From positions 11,198-75,197 of the forward strand of contig JBDHXA010000004.1 of NCBI GenBank assembly GCA_039810485.1: 64,000 nt of DNA, given 5' to 3'. Each line of letters begins with the position of its first letter. The stretch's first letter is position 1. Made by a program: the position numbers and the translations under genes. Shown piece by piece: positions 49,138 to 59,545 of this stretch. The notes beneath the pieces are model-generated. The model searched no databases, had not been told where the DNA came from, and saw nothing but the letters and a program-made list of their open reading frames with translations. The DNA is from Chlorobiota bacterium. Its GTDB lineage: Bacteria; Bacteroidota; Ignavibacteria; Kapaibacteriales; UBA961.

Positions 49138-50315
49138 CGCGACATTTACAAAATATAATTGTTGCTCCCTTTGTTCTATTTTTTGTTTGTTCTGCCGATG
49201 CCGCATTATATTACAGAGGCAACAAAACAAATGAAAAGCAATCAGAATTGCGTAAAGTTCAGCAGCAAATAGTGCAAACCACCAAGCAACTGCAAAACTT
49301 GCAGCGACGAGAAGTCAATCAATCTCAGTCGCTTGGTTCATTCCGAAAGAAGAAGCAGGCAATAGAGTTGCATCTGCTAAACCTCAGAGAACAAAAATCC
49401 GGCTTGGAAAATGCCTTGACATCGCTAATGCGAAGCGATTCTACTGTTATGACCTCAATGACGACAACTCGCCAGAATTTTGGCAAATATTTGCGCAAGT
49501 TATATATCGCATCATTATACGTGAGCGATGTTTCCACCGATGTTCAGCCTATTTATGCGCGTACAATTGCAGCTGTTATAAAAAAGCGTTTACGTGTCAT
49601 GAATGCAAAGCACGATTCTTTGTCGCGCAGGCACATTTCAATGCTACAGGAATCAATAGAGACATCAGATTTAATGCAGCAAAAGACAAATGAGAGCAAA
49701 ACCTTAGATAACACGATTCAGAAAACGCAAGCCACACTGCAAGAAATCAGAACTAATAAGGATCTGATGCAGCAAGAGCTAGTAGAAAAGCGTCGCTCGG
49801 CGGAAAAAATTCGGGCAATAGTGGTGCAGCTGACTGAGGATGAGCGGAAACGGGAGGAAGAACGAAAAGTAGCTGAACAAAAGAGCAAACAATCGAAAAT
49901 CGCGGCGCATCAGAAAAAGAATGTCAAAATAATGAGCGGACTTCACTGGCCAATAAACTCGCGTAAAATCTTTCGGAATTATGGTCAGTATAGAAATAAG
50001 CAAACAAATACTGTGATGGATAATCCCGGCATTGACATAGCTGCTTCTATTGGCACGAATGTAAGTGCCGCTGCTGCCGGAACAGTATCATTGGTGCACT
50101 GGCTTCCGGGCTATAATTCATTGCTTATTATAGATCATGAAAATGGATATAGAACAGTTTACGCCAATTTAGATAAGACAATTGCTATAAAAGGGCAAAA
50201 AGTGGCTGCCGGCGCCCCTATTGGTAGAACTGGCGAATCTGTAGCTGGAAAATTTTTACACTTTGAAGTGTGGCACGGCACGGATCGCGTCAATCCTGCA
50301 ACAATGTTAAAGTAA
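49134..50315 (+). CDS. EnvC-like murein hydrolase activator (coiled coil plus degenerate M23 domain)
   Basis: Long coiled coil; NPGIDI, IIDH...YRTVYANL and LHFEVW; zinc-binding His residues partly lost, as in EnvC. Confidence 0.8.
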   Translation: MTRHLQNIIVAPFVLFFVCSADAALYYRGNKTNEKQSELRKVQQQIVQTTKQLQNLQRREVNQSQSLGSFRKKKQAIELHLLNLREQKSGLENALTSLMRSDSTVMTSMTTTRQNFGKYLRKLYIASLYVSDVSTDVQPIYARTIAAVIKKRLRVMNAKHDSLSRRHISMLQESIETSDLMQQKTNESKTLDNTIQKTQATLQEIRTNKDLMQQELVEKRRSAEKIRAIVVQLTEDERKREEERKVAEQKSKQSKIAAHQKKNVKIMSGLHWPINSRKIFRNYGQYRNKQTNTVMDNPGIDIAASIGTNVSAAAAGTVSLVHWLPGYNSLLIIDHENGYRTVYANLDKTIAIKGQKVAAGAPIGRTGESVAGKFLHFEVWHGTDRVNPATMLK

Positions 50316-50454
50316 CATTTTGCTTTCCGTTAAATGCTTCATTATTGTAAAATACTGCTTAGAGAGTGATGCTCTTTTGCTGTTTCAATAGCAAATCAAT
50401 AATAGATTTTTTGAACAATTGAAGTTTTTTTAATCATCAATCACCTAACGTTAT

Positions 50455-52806
50455 ATGATATCTCAGTTCTTCATACATATTTTATTCGGTGGCATATTAG
50501 TGTCTTCTGGCACGTATTTTTTAGTATTGCGCGGTCGGCCTGACCTTATCGGGATTGCGCGGAATATATTTAGAGCAACTTCTATTGGCTTGGCTTTAAC
50601 GCTGATTATGCTCATAGCCAATGTGCTTTCTCATGATTTTGATTATACGTATGTATGGCGATATTCGTCGCGCGAACTTGGAGCATGGTTTCTTTTTGCC
50701 TCGGGCTATGCAGGTCAGGAAGGAAGTATTCTACTTTGGACCGTTTGGGTTGGCTTGATAGGCATTGCTTTGGTGCCTTATCTGCGCCGGCGCGAACTCG
50801 AGGCCGAAGTTATGGCAGTTTACACTTTGGCCATGGTTTTTATGACGCTGCTGCTTGTCGTTAAAAATCCTTTTAACTATTACTGGGATACTTTTGCTGC
50901 CAATGGATTGCCGGTTGGAATGAAGCCCTTGGACGGTCGCGGACTTAACCCATTATTGCAGAACATTTGGATTACTATACATCCTCCTATTCTTTTTACA
51001 GGATTTGCAGCAATGACAGTTCCATTCTCATTTGCCATTGCCGCATTAATCAGGCGCGATTATCAAAGCTGGATTCAAGTTGCTTTGCCATGGACGCTGT
51101 ATGCAACTGCAATTTTGGGATTTGGAATCATGCTCGGCGGATTTTGGGCTTACGAAACTCTTGGCTGGGGCGGATTTTGGGCATGGGATCCAGTAGAAAA
51201 TTCTTCGCTGATTCCTTGGCTTTCTGCTGTGGCACTTGTGCATACTATGCTGGTGCAAAAGCGAACAGGCGGCTTAGTCAAAACCAATGTGATACTCGCC
51301 ATGCTTTCTTTTATCCTTGTATTGTATTCTACATTTTTAACGCGTAGTGGCGTTCTTGGCGACACGTCCGTGCATTCATTTGTAGATCCCGGTATGTTTG
51401 CATTTATATTGCTCATACTTTTTATGGCGGTTTTTGTAGCAATTGGCATAGGCATGATAATTTATCGTCGGAAAGACATTTCAGCCGAAGCGGCTAATTT
51501 CTCGCCTGCATCACGCGAATTTGCGCTTACTATTGGCTCAGCTTTGGTGCTTGCAAGCGCTATTCTTGTATTTATCGGCACGAGCTGGCCGCTCATAGCC
51601 GATCTGACCGGGCTGCCCAAAGTTGCAATTGACCCTTCGTTTTATAATTCTACGCATTTGCCTTTAGCCGCTGCAGTTATGATTGTGAACGGCTTTGCTA
51701 TAGCGCTTCGATGGAAAGCAAAAAGTTTTAACGGCATTTGGAAAACTCTAATATTTTCAGGTTCGTTAGCAGCTGTTGCAACTTTGGCTATGTCATTTTT
51801 TGGCGTGCGCGACATAATGTTTGTGCTTCTTGGCTTTGGATCTTGGTTTGCATTATTTATGAATTTGGAGATTGGATTAACAGTAATTCGAGCAAAATTT
51901 ACTTCAATCGGCGCATATCTTTCCCATGCCGGCATTGCATTGTTAATGCTTGGAATAATGACCACTTCACGCTATTCCGTAACCGAGCATGCCATGCTTG
52001 TGAAAAATCAGCCAACGGATATTCTTGGGTATAAGCTTACATATCTGGGACGCGAGCAAATAGAAAAAGAATACACTGATAGAGAAAAATTTCGTTTTAC
52101 TGTAAAAGTTCAGCGCGGAAATGCTGAAGGCGAGGTTCATCCAATCATGTATTTTAGCGATTTTAATCAGCGCCAGTCGGCTTTCTTAGAGCCCGGAATA
52201 CATTGGACAGCTTCGAAAGATGTTTATATTTCGCCTAAAACATTTGAAGAGCTTGACGGTACGCCAATGCGCGCGCTAACAAAAGGACAAACATCGGAAT
52301 TTCCGACAGATACTTCCATGAAAATTGAATTTCTTTCCTTCGATATGTCGTCCATGAAAAATGGCTCGAAAGATGGAATAATTAGACCTGCCGCTGTTGT
52401 TCATGTGATAAATAACAATAGGACTGATACAATTACGCTTCATACGACAATAAACATGCAAACCATGGAGAGTGTTCCAGAACCGGTAAAAGTTCCCGGA
52501 ACATCACAAGAAATTTCATTTATGAAAATAATACCCGATCGTGAAAATTTAGATAAATCGCAAGCAACATTTGGATTTATAGACACAACAAAGCCCGCTC
52601 CAAAGCCGCGGGAAGTATTCACGGCAGAAATTACAATTAAGCCATATATCAGTTTGGTGTGGGCCGGAGTTATTGCAATGGTAGGGGGATTTTTTATTTC
52701 AATAATTCGATATGCCGGCCAGGCAAAACGTTCTGCAGAGCGTCGCAATGAAATAAAAAGTCAATTAATAACAAAAGAGCAGGTTGAAGAAAAAATAAAC
52801 GAATAA
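50455..52806 (+). CDS. ccmF: Cytochrome c biogenesis heme lyase CcmF
   Basis: GQEGS, GLNPLLQN, IHPP, WAYETLGWGGFWAWDPVEN WWD motif and TFLTRSG...SVHSF. Confidence 0.9.
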   Translation: MISQFFIHILFGGILVSSGTYFLVLRGRPDLIGIARNIFRATSIGLALTLIMLIANVLSHDFDYTYVWRYSSRELGAWFLFASGYAGQEGSILLWTVWVGLIGIALVPYLRRRELEAEVMAVYTLAMVFMTLLLVVKNPFNYYWDTFAANGLPVGMKPLDGRGLNPLLQNIWITIHPPILFTGFAAMTVPFSFAIAALIRRDYQSWIQVALPWTLYATAILGFGIMLGGFWAYETLGWGGFWAWDPVENSSLIPWLSAVALVHTMLVQKRTGGLVKTNVILAMLSFILVLYSTFLTRSGVLGDTSVHSFVDPGMFAFILLILFMAVFVAIGIGMIIYRRKDISAEAANFSPASREFALTIGSALVLASAILVFIGTSWPLIADLTGLPKVAIDPSFYNSTHLPLAAAVMIVNGFAIALRWKAKSFNGIWKTLIFSGSLAAVATLAMSFFGVRDIMFVLLGFGSWFALFMNLEIGLTVIRAKFTSIGAYLSHAGIALLMLGIMTTSRYSVTEHAMLVKNQPTDILGYKLTYLGREQIEKEYTDREKFRFTVKVQRGNAEGEVHPIMYFSDFNQRQSAFLEPGIHWTASKDVYISPKTFEELDGTPMRALTKGQTSEFPTDTSMKIEFLSFDMSSMKNGSKDGIIRPAAVVHVINNNRTDTITLHTTINMQTMESVPEPVKVPGTSQEISFMKIIPDRENLDKSQATFGFIDTTKPAPKPREVFTAEITIKPYISLVWAGVIAMVGGFFISIIRYAGQAKRSAERRNEIKSQLITKEQVEEKINE

Positions 52807-52953
52807 AAAACGAGATATTTCTTGTTGAATAAATGTAAATGTTAAATAAAAAATAAATGAATCCAACATATTAACTCATCTAATTTTATTTCCTAATATA
52901 GCTATTAATAGTTTGATGAAGGTTTTTTATTCTCAATAATAATTTGTGAAAAA

Positions 52954-55794
52954 ATGATTCAGAGAGCTAAATTGATTTTCCTTTTTTGGACTTTATTGAG
53001 CACTTCTGCTGCAGCGCAAAATTCTCACGTTCCCGAAGTGCAGCAGGGCGCTGTCATGGTGAGAATGCGCGCTGGATATTCGATTGACGAAATTAAGAAA
53101 ATATTGCCTGCAAGATCAATTCATGCGTTGCTGCTGCCTTCGCAATCGCTTACTTACAATCCAAAAGCCGCTCCACGAATGATGCAGGCAAGCGTTGAGC
53201 AAATCACAAGTTTGCGCTTGGCAGAAGAACCGGTTCTGCGCACATTCAGAGTTGAATATACAGGCCATGAATCGCCGTATCACGTCTGCAAGCGATTAGC
53301 TGCTATGTCTTCTGTTGAATTAGCCGAGCCAAAGTACATTGAAAAAGTTTTTTACGCGCCAAATGATCCGGATTTAGGCAGGCAAACATACTTGAAAGTC
53401 ATTAATGCATTCGATGCTTGGAGCATTTATTCCGGCGATTCAAATATCGTTGTTGGCATTTGCGATAATGGTGTTGACAAAAATCACGAAGATATAGCAG
53501 GCAACATCGCGCGAAATTGGGGAGAAATCCCCGGAAATGGAAAAGATGATGACGGCAATGGCTATACTGATGATTATGACGGAGTTAATCTGGCGTCATT
53601 TGTCGATGACGGCACAAAGCCCGGGGAAACATATATTAAAGACAGCCACGGAACAAGCGTTGCCGGACTAGCCGGTGCTACAATGAATAATTCCATTGGC
53701 ATAGCCGGCGTCGGGGGAAAATGTCGAATATTCCCTATCAAAGCAGGGCGATTCGGAAATAGCGGCGTTTATTACGGTTATGAAGGCATTGTCTATGCAG
53801 CTATACGCGGCTTTGCTGTGGTAAACTGCAGTTGGGGATCTGTGAATACATATTCGGCGTTGAACGAGTCGCTTGTCAATTTTGCCATTGCGAGAGGCAC
53901 TGTTGTGGTAGCTGCAGCTGGTAATGAACAGATTACTGCTCCTATGTATCCCGCCGGGTATTTTGGCGTATTAGGCGTCGGAGCTTCTGAATTTACTGAT
54001 AGAATAGCAAATTATTCTGCAATCGGAGCGCATGTGAAAGTAATAGCTCCCGGCGTATCAGTTTATACTACAGACAATGATAATAGATATGCAAATTTTG
54101 ACGGAACTTCGGCAGCTTCTCCAATTGCTGCCGGTTTTGTGGCGCTGATACGAGGAAAGCATCCTAACTTAGATCCTTTGCAAACTGTTGAGTTTGCAAG
54201 GTTATGCGGCGATGATATACGAGATCAAAACTCCTATTATGCTTCAATGCTTCCTCTGCGCATAAACGTGCTGAAAGCAATGCAGCGCGATCCATTTTCA
54301 ATGCCTGCAATTTCTTTTGTTGATAGTAAATTTACAGTCCGCGACACCATGAAGACGCGCTTTTCCTTTGGCGATACGGTAACAATGATTTTGCGTGTGA
54401 AAAATTATTTGGGAAAGGCCGCCAATATTCGATTTGAGTTTTCTCAGCCAGATGTATTTCAACCTCTTATATTGCTTGATTCAGTTGTGAAACTACATAC
54501 TTTGGACGGAAGCGCAACTGCCGAGGTAGGAGAATTTCGCTTCGTAGTCAACGATCGAATCTCCACGCCAGTTATGATGAGAATGGATGTCGAATCTGAC
54601 GAAAATTACCAAGATTTTTTTCTTTTTCCAATAACGCCTGCAAGCGATGTAACAATCTTTCAAAACGAAGGAATTGCAATTACTGCTGCCGATAACGGTT
54701 CTATCGGCTATGCCGGCGATAAAAGTTCGCTTCGAGGGAGAGGATTATTGATTAAACCGTATTCAAATATTCTTCCTGCGACTGCCTATTCCGGCTTTGC
54801 CACTGCGCTGATTGCAACTGCCGACAATCACAAAGTGATGGCAGCTTTGCCGGTTTGGTCGGATTTTGGCGCGCGGAAAAAACTAATAGAGCCAGAAGAA
54901 AACGTCTCGATTTTGGCGGATACTTGCGGGGATTTTCCTGTTCAGCGCATCGGAATCGAACTTCGAGCTAAATATTTGGTAAATAGCGGAACTTTGCCGG
55001 CTATAAAAATTCAGTTGACAGCAAAAAATGAAACCGACAAAGATATATCTCAGATTTCGCTCGGCTATTATTTCGATTGGGATATAGGCAGTTTGGGTGA
55101 AAACAACAGAGTACAATTATACCCTGAAGGAAACTCTGGATCGCCGGGAGCAACTGTTGCTGGCATCGCTTGGCGCGATGGTAATTATCCTTTTGTAGGC
55201 GTAGCATCGCAATCATTCGCATCTGGCGCTATACCTCAATTTGCAGGCATTGATGCAAGCGAGTTTTATGGCAATACTCAAGAGATTAAAGATCAATTGT
55301 TTAAAATGGTAGATTCAGAGACGTCAATGCAATTTTTAAATGCCGGTGATATTGCAATGTCGGCAGGCATGAAATTTCCTGGATTGCTTGCGCCGGGTGA
55401 ATCAAAAGAGTGTAGTATTTGCATTGCAGCTTCATTAGATAAAAATGTTATGCGTGAGGCACTGCAGCAATGTTTGCAAGGCAATGTAGTTTCGTCAGGT
55501 GACAAGTACGCTCTTGTAGAAAATAATGATGCCAGCTATTTTACTGTCAGCCCGCAACCTGTTGTAACAACGGCGTATTATCATGGAAAGCTACTTGCGA
55601 CGACAAGTCAGAATTGTGAAATGTATGTACTCGACAATTTAGGCCGCATCGTTGATAAGTTTAGCATAACAACTGATATAAATGGATATTTTTCAGGTAA
55701 TATTTATGTTTCTGATTTTCACTCCGGAATTTACAGATTGCTCATTATTTCCGGTCAGACGGCTATTTCCAAGCCAATATATATTGTTAGATGA
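52954..55794 (+). CDS. S8 (subtilisin-like) serine peptidase with T9SS CTD
   Basis: Catalytic triad motifs ICDNG, HGTSVAG and GTSAASP; AAAGN oxyanion motif; VSPQP...SGIY CTD. Confidence 0.9.
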   Translation: MIQRAKLIFLFWTLLSTSAAAQNSHVPEVQQGAVMVRMRAGYSIDEIKKILPARSIHALLLPSQSLTYNPKAAPRMMQASVEQITSLRLAEEPVLRTFRVEYTGHESPYHVCKRLAAMSSVELAEPKYIEKVFYAPNDPDLGRQTYLKVINAFDAWSIYSGDSNIVVGICDNGVDKNHEDIAGNIARNWGEIPGNGKDDDGNGYTDDYDGVNLASFVDDGTKPGETYIKDSHGTSVAGLAGATMNNSIGIAGVGGKCRIFPIKAGRFGNSGVYYGYEGIVYAAIRGFAVVNCSWGSVNTYSALNESLVNFAIARGTVVVAAAGNEQITAPMYPAGYFGVLGVGASEFTDRIANYSAIGAHVKVIAPGVSVYTTDNDNRYANFDGTSAASPIAAGFVALIRGKHPNLDPLQTVEFARLCGDDIRDQNSYYASMLPLRINVLKAMQRDPFSMPAISFVDSKFTVRDTMKTRFSFGDTVTMILRVKNYLGKAANIRFEFSQPDVFQPLILLDSVVKLHTLDGSATAEVGEFRFVVNDRISTPVMMRMDVESDENYQDFFLFPITPASDVTIFQNEGIAITAADNGSIGYAGDKSSLRGRGLLIKPYSNILPATAYSGFATALIATADNHKVMAALPVWSDFGARKKLIEPEENVSILADTCGDFPVQRIGIELRAKYLVNSGTLPAIKIQLTAKNETDKDISQISLGYYFDWDIGSLGENNRVQLYPEGNSGSPGATVAGIAWRDGNYPFVGVASQSFASGAIPQFAGIDASEFYGNTQEIKDQLFKMVDSETSMQFLNAGDIAMSAGMKFPGLLAPGESKECSICIAASLDKNVMREALQQCLQGNVVSSGDKYALVENNDASYFTVSPQPVVTTAYYHGKLLATTSQNCEMYVLDNLGRIVDKFSITTDINGYFSGNIYVSDFHSGIYRLLIISGQTAISKPIYIVR

Positions 55795-55857
55795 TATATT
55801 TTTGTAATAATGAGTGTATCTATATAATAATTATGACGCTTGCAATAATTGCGCTGT

Positions 55858-55905
55858 GCAAAATAAATAATGTCGCAAAATAAATAATGTCGCAAAATAA
55901 ATAAT
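55858..55905. repeat. 17-bp tandem repeat, about 2.8 copies
   Basis: GCAAAATAAATAATGTC twice, then GCAAAATAAATAAT, ending 14 nt before the ATG at 55920. Confidence 0.9.
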
Positions 55906-55919
55906 TTGCAGTTAATCCC

Positions 55920-57101
55920 ATGAAAAAAAAAGTTGCTATAAAGTTATATTTTGTTTTTTATATTGGAAGTTCAATATTATGCTCAGCGCAGAATTTTGGA
56001 GCTCGAATCGATAAGGGAATTATAGACAATGCTTCATTAAAAGAAGCATCGGGAATAGCTTCTAGTAGGCGGAATCCTGCTATTTTATGGTCACATAATG
56101 ATTCGGGCGATAAATCTCGACTGTTTGCTTTGACTACTTCAGCCAAATTAGCTGGAATTTACAATATTAAAAATGCAGAAAATCGTGATTGGGAAGATAT
56201 TTGCACCGGAATAATAGACAATGCGCCCTATATTTTTGTTGGCGATATTGGCGATAATGATGCAAAGTATGATATAAAAACAATTTACAAAATACCTGAA
56301 CCGTGGATAGACGAGAATCAAAATTTTATAAACGACGAAATTAAAGGCGCGGAAAAAATTCGCTTCCGATATCCTGACGGACAGCGCGATGCTGAGACGC
56401 TAATGTTCGACAATAAAACGAGCGATCTTTTTGTCGTATCCAAACGCGAAGATTCGGTTCATGTCTATAGGCTTGAATATCCGCAGTCAACAACGGAAAT
56501 TATTATTCCCGAACATGTTGCAACACTTCCTTATAAAATGGTCGTGTCGGGTGATATTTCGCCTAACGGCTCTGAAATTCTCTTGAAAAATTATCAAACT
56601 GTATATTATTTTCAGCGAGCCGATGGTGAAAGCGTAGCAGAAGCGCTTTTAAAGACGCCAAAGATTATTTCTCAATATATCACCGAGCCGCAAGGCGAAG
56701 GGATTTGCTTTGATGCATCCGGCGAGGGATTCTATACGATCAGCGAGGAATCTCCATTAAAACTGCCTGTGCATCTCTACTATTACCCGCGCCAGAGTAA
56801 TCGAGTGCAAGAAATGAACGGGGCCGGCGAATCTGCCGGCAATAGCATAGACACTGTTATTCCTTCGCATATTGACGGCTCTCTTGCCGTCAAATTTACA
56901 TTGGCGGCCCCCGCGACGGCCGAGTTTTTTCTCTATGACCTTTCGGGAAAATTTTCGCCTCTCATTGCATATCAAAATATGACCGCCGGAAAACATGAAG
57001 CGATAATTCCGGCGCCTGAATTGGCAGGAGGCACATACCGTCTTATGCTACGTACAGGAACGGATAATGAGACGTCTTTTGTGTTCAATACTTGGCGATG
57101 A
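55920..57101 (+). CDS. Secreted beta-propeller-like protein with CTD
   Basis: EASGIA, WSHNDSG, DWEDI, GDIGDN, DAETL and QGEGI motifs; GGTYRL CTD-like tail. Confidence 0.65.
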   Translation: MKKKVAIKLYFVFYIGSSILCSAQNFGARIDKGIIDNASLKEASGIASSRRNPAILWSHNDSGDKSRLFALTTSAKLAGIYNIKNAENRDWEDICTGIIDNAPYIFVGDIGDNDAKYDIKTIYKIPEPWIDENQNFINDEIKGAEKIRFRYPDGQRDAETLMFDNKTSDLFVVSKREDSVHVYRLEYPQSTTEIIIPEHVATLPYKMVVSGDISPNGSEILLKNYQTVYYFQRADGESVAEALLKTPKIISQYITEPQGEGICFDASGEGFYTISEESPLKLPVHLYYYPRQSNRVQEMNGAGESAGNSIDTVIPSHIDGSLAVKFTLAAPATAEFFLYDLSGKFSPLIAYQNMTAGKHEAIIPAPELAGGTYRLMLRTGTDNETSFVFNTWR

Positions 57102-57778
57102 AAGTACATTTTTCTTCACATGGATTTGATGTTTTGCTTGCTTTAGGCGGCGCTTTGCCACCTAAAGAGTTCTTTCAGAGAAGCAGTAATATTCCAGTTA
57201 TGGCTGCTGACGGAGCTGCATTTGCTCTCGCGAAGCATGGCGTAGATGTTCAAGCTATTGTTGGAGATTTTGACTCGCTGTCTTATAAATGCAGAGCTTT
57301 GCCGGAACTTGAACATGCGGTTTATATTACAGATAGAGGACAAGAAACAAATGACTTTGAAAAACTTTTGAACTATGCTATTAAACAAGGCAAGAAAAGT
57401 TTTTTGCTTTGCGGTTTCCAAGGAGGCGAGCTTGAGCATACATTGAATAATTGGAGCGTACTGATGAAAATTTCGGAAGAATATTCTGAAAATTTATTTT
57501 TTTGCATTTATGATAATGGCCGATATACGATGCCAATAAGAAAATCCATTGAAATATCACTTTATTCTGGGGAAATTATTTCGTTAATTCCGCAGCCGTT
57601 TGCACGGTTGACGACACATGGGCTTGCGTGGCAGCTTAGGAACGAAGAATTACGCTTGGGGCAGCGCGAAGGTGCGCGCAATCGCGTTGTGGACAGCAAT
57701 GTCAGTATTGAGTTGCATGAGGGCAGTTATCTTCTTTGCTGCAACGATCGGCTTCCGTTAGCTCCTTCATTTGAATAA
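57092..57778 (+). CDS. thiN: Thiamine pyrophosphokinase
   Basis: AADGA, VGDFDS, QETNDFEK, GGELEH and GLAWQL motifs. Confidence 0.85.
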   Translation: MAMKVHFSSHGFDVLLALGGALPPKEFFQRSSNIPVMAADGAAFALAKHGVDVQAIVGDFDSLSYKCRALPELEHAVYITDRGQETNDFEKLLNYAIKQGKKSFLLCGFQGGELEHTLNNWSVLMKISEEYSENLFFCIYDNGRYTMPIRKSIEISLYSGEIISLIPQPFARLTTHGLAWQLRNEELRLGQREGARNRVVDSNVSIELHEGSYLLCCNDRLPLAPSFE

Positions 57779-58014
57779 CCATTTTTTAGAATTAGATGAT
57801 TAAACGCGTTGTTAAATGGCAGCAACTCGAACAATGGAATAAAGCTATTCTAAAAAAGATCTAAAAGAGAGACAGAATATTTAACAATATTTTCATAGGT
57901 CTTGTGAGATGCCTTGTAAACAATAAAACATCATTTGAAAGCAAATCCAATCCATAGTTTTTTAAATCTTTCAATGTGTAAATTAGCAAATGTCAATTTG
58001 TATGCATTAGAACT

Positions 58015-58725
58015 ATGAAAATTGTAACATCGCTTCTTACCCTTTTTATAATAAGCTTTTGCTTCGAAGTTATTCATGCGCAGCAAACAGGCAGGGCGCC
58101 GGATATTCTTGTCAATGATACTAATATTGTGTTTATCTCGCCGCGCCCTCTTTTGGAAGATTCGCTTGTAACGATTCCAGCAAAGTATATTATAGGAATG
58201 AATATTTTTATTTCAGGCAACGGATATGGTGGCGGAGCATTCTATCAGCGCATTATTTCAAAATCAATGTTATTGTTTGCCGATTTGGGCATATCGGGTG
58301 CTCGCAATACCGATGAGCAAGAACTTTACGACCCATATTCGAATTCATATCTCGTTCCTGAGAAAATAAACCGCTTGTATTTATTGCCTCTAATGTTTGG
58401 AGTGCAATATCGAGTGCTTTCAGATGTATTCACAGATTCTTTCCGTCCTTTTGTGGGAATCGGCATCGGTCCAGCATGTATTATAGCTACTCCTTATAAG
58501 CGTGAATTTTTTAGCTCATTCGGCTATAGCACACTCTATGTTAAGCCCGGAGGATTTATTGGCATTGGCGCTAATATAGGAGGATTTGGACGCAATGTCA
58601 GCGGAATATCCATGCGCTATTATATAATACCTTTTGGAAATGGGGGGTTGGAAAGCATTAGAAATTTGCCAATAACTGATTTTGGCGGTATTTTCCTTGC
58701 ATTAAACATTGGCTGGGCATATTAA
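58015..58725 (+). CDS. Exported hypothetical protein, probable outer-membrane beta-barrel
   Basis: Signal peptide; amphipathic strands (RPFVGIGIG); aromatic C-terminus. Confidence 0.55.
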   Translation: MKIVTSLLTLFIISFCFEVIHAQQTGRAPDILVNDTNIVFISPRPLLEDSLVTIPAKYIIGMNIFISGNGYGGGAFYQRIISKSMLLFADLGISGARNTDEQELYDPYSNSYLVPEKINRLYLLPLMFGVQYRVLSDVFTDSFRPFVGIGIGPACIIATPYKREFFSSFGYSTLYVKPGGFIGIGANIGGFGRNVSGISMRYYIIPFGNGGLESIRNLPITDFGGIFLALNIGWAY

Positions 58726-58950
58726 TTTAACCGTCAAAATTGAGTAAAAAAATAATGTAGGATAAAATAAAATCATATTTAGAGTAGCAAAAAATTGGAA
58801 TAGCATATATTTTATTGTATATTTGAGTTGGCACCAAAGAAGTTCTTACGTGCATTACAGCAAATTGTGTAACAATAAACATATAATTCAAGTCCTTGTT
58901 GTATCAGGAGCATATTTGAAGGCATTTTTCTCACTGATTTAATTTTTCAA

Positions 58951-59523
58951 ATGCACAGTTTCAAGCAGACAACAACATATTCAGATGCTGAGCTATTTTC
59001 AATGCTTTCATCAAATCGTACAGAAGTGGCTCAAACCGGCCTCGCTACATTGTACGATCGATATTCACAGCGCATTTTTACATATTGTAGGAAAATTGTC
59101 GGAAATACGACGGTAGCCGAAGATCTGCTACAAGAGACATTTGCTCGTTTTTTTGAATCTGCGCGGCAATTGCGCTCGGCAGAAAATGTTGCTGGATATC
59201 TATTTGCTATTGCTCGCAATCAATGTCTAAACTATAAAACAAAGCGTCGTGAAGAATTGATTTTGCCTGAAGAAATAGAAATTATATCGCGAGATCGCCC
59301 TTATGAACAGCAGGAATTGTTAGAAATACTTGACCGCGCTCTCGATCTATTGCCTGACGATTATCGTGAAGCATTTATTCTGCGCGAATATAATGGAATG
59401 TCGTACAACGAAATAGCCGATGCTTTATGCGTTACTCTCGATATAGTGAAAGTTCGTCTGTTTCGCGCCAAGAAAAAACTGCGCGAAATTCTTGCTCCTT
59501 ACCTCATTGATTTGGATGTCTGA
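58951..59523 (+). CDS. ECF RNA polymerase sigma factor
   Basis: AEDLLQETF, YLFAIARN, LPDDYREAFILREYNGMSYNEIA and VKVRLFRAK. Confidence 0.93.
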   Translation: MHSFKQTTTYSDAELFSMLSSNRTEVAQTGLATLYDRYSQRIFTYCRKIVGNTTVAEDLLQETFARFFESARQLRSAENVAGYLFAIARNQCLNYKTKRREELILPEEIEIISRDRPYEQQELLEILDRALDLLPDDYREAFILREYNGMSYNEIADALCVTLDIVKVRLFRAKKKLREILAPYLIDLDV

Positions 59524-59545
59524 TGACTTAACATAAAAAATCGAA

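Noticed and set aside
55858-55905. CRISPR array
   Set aside because: The 17-bp units are contiguous with no spacers, and no cas genes are present.
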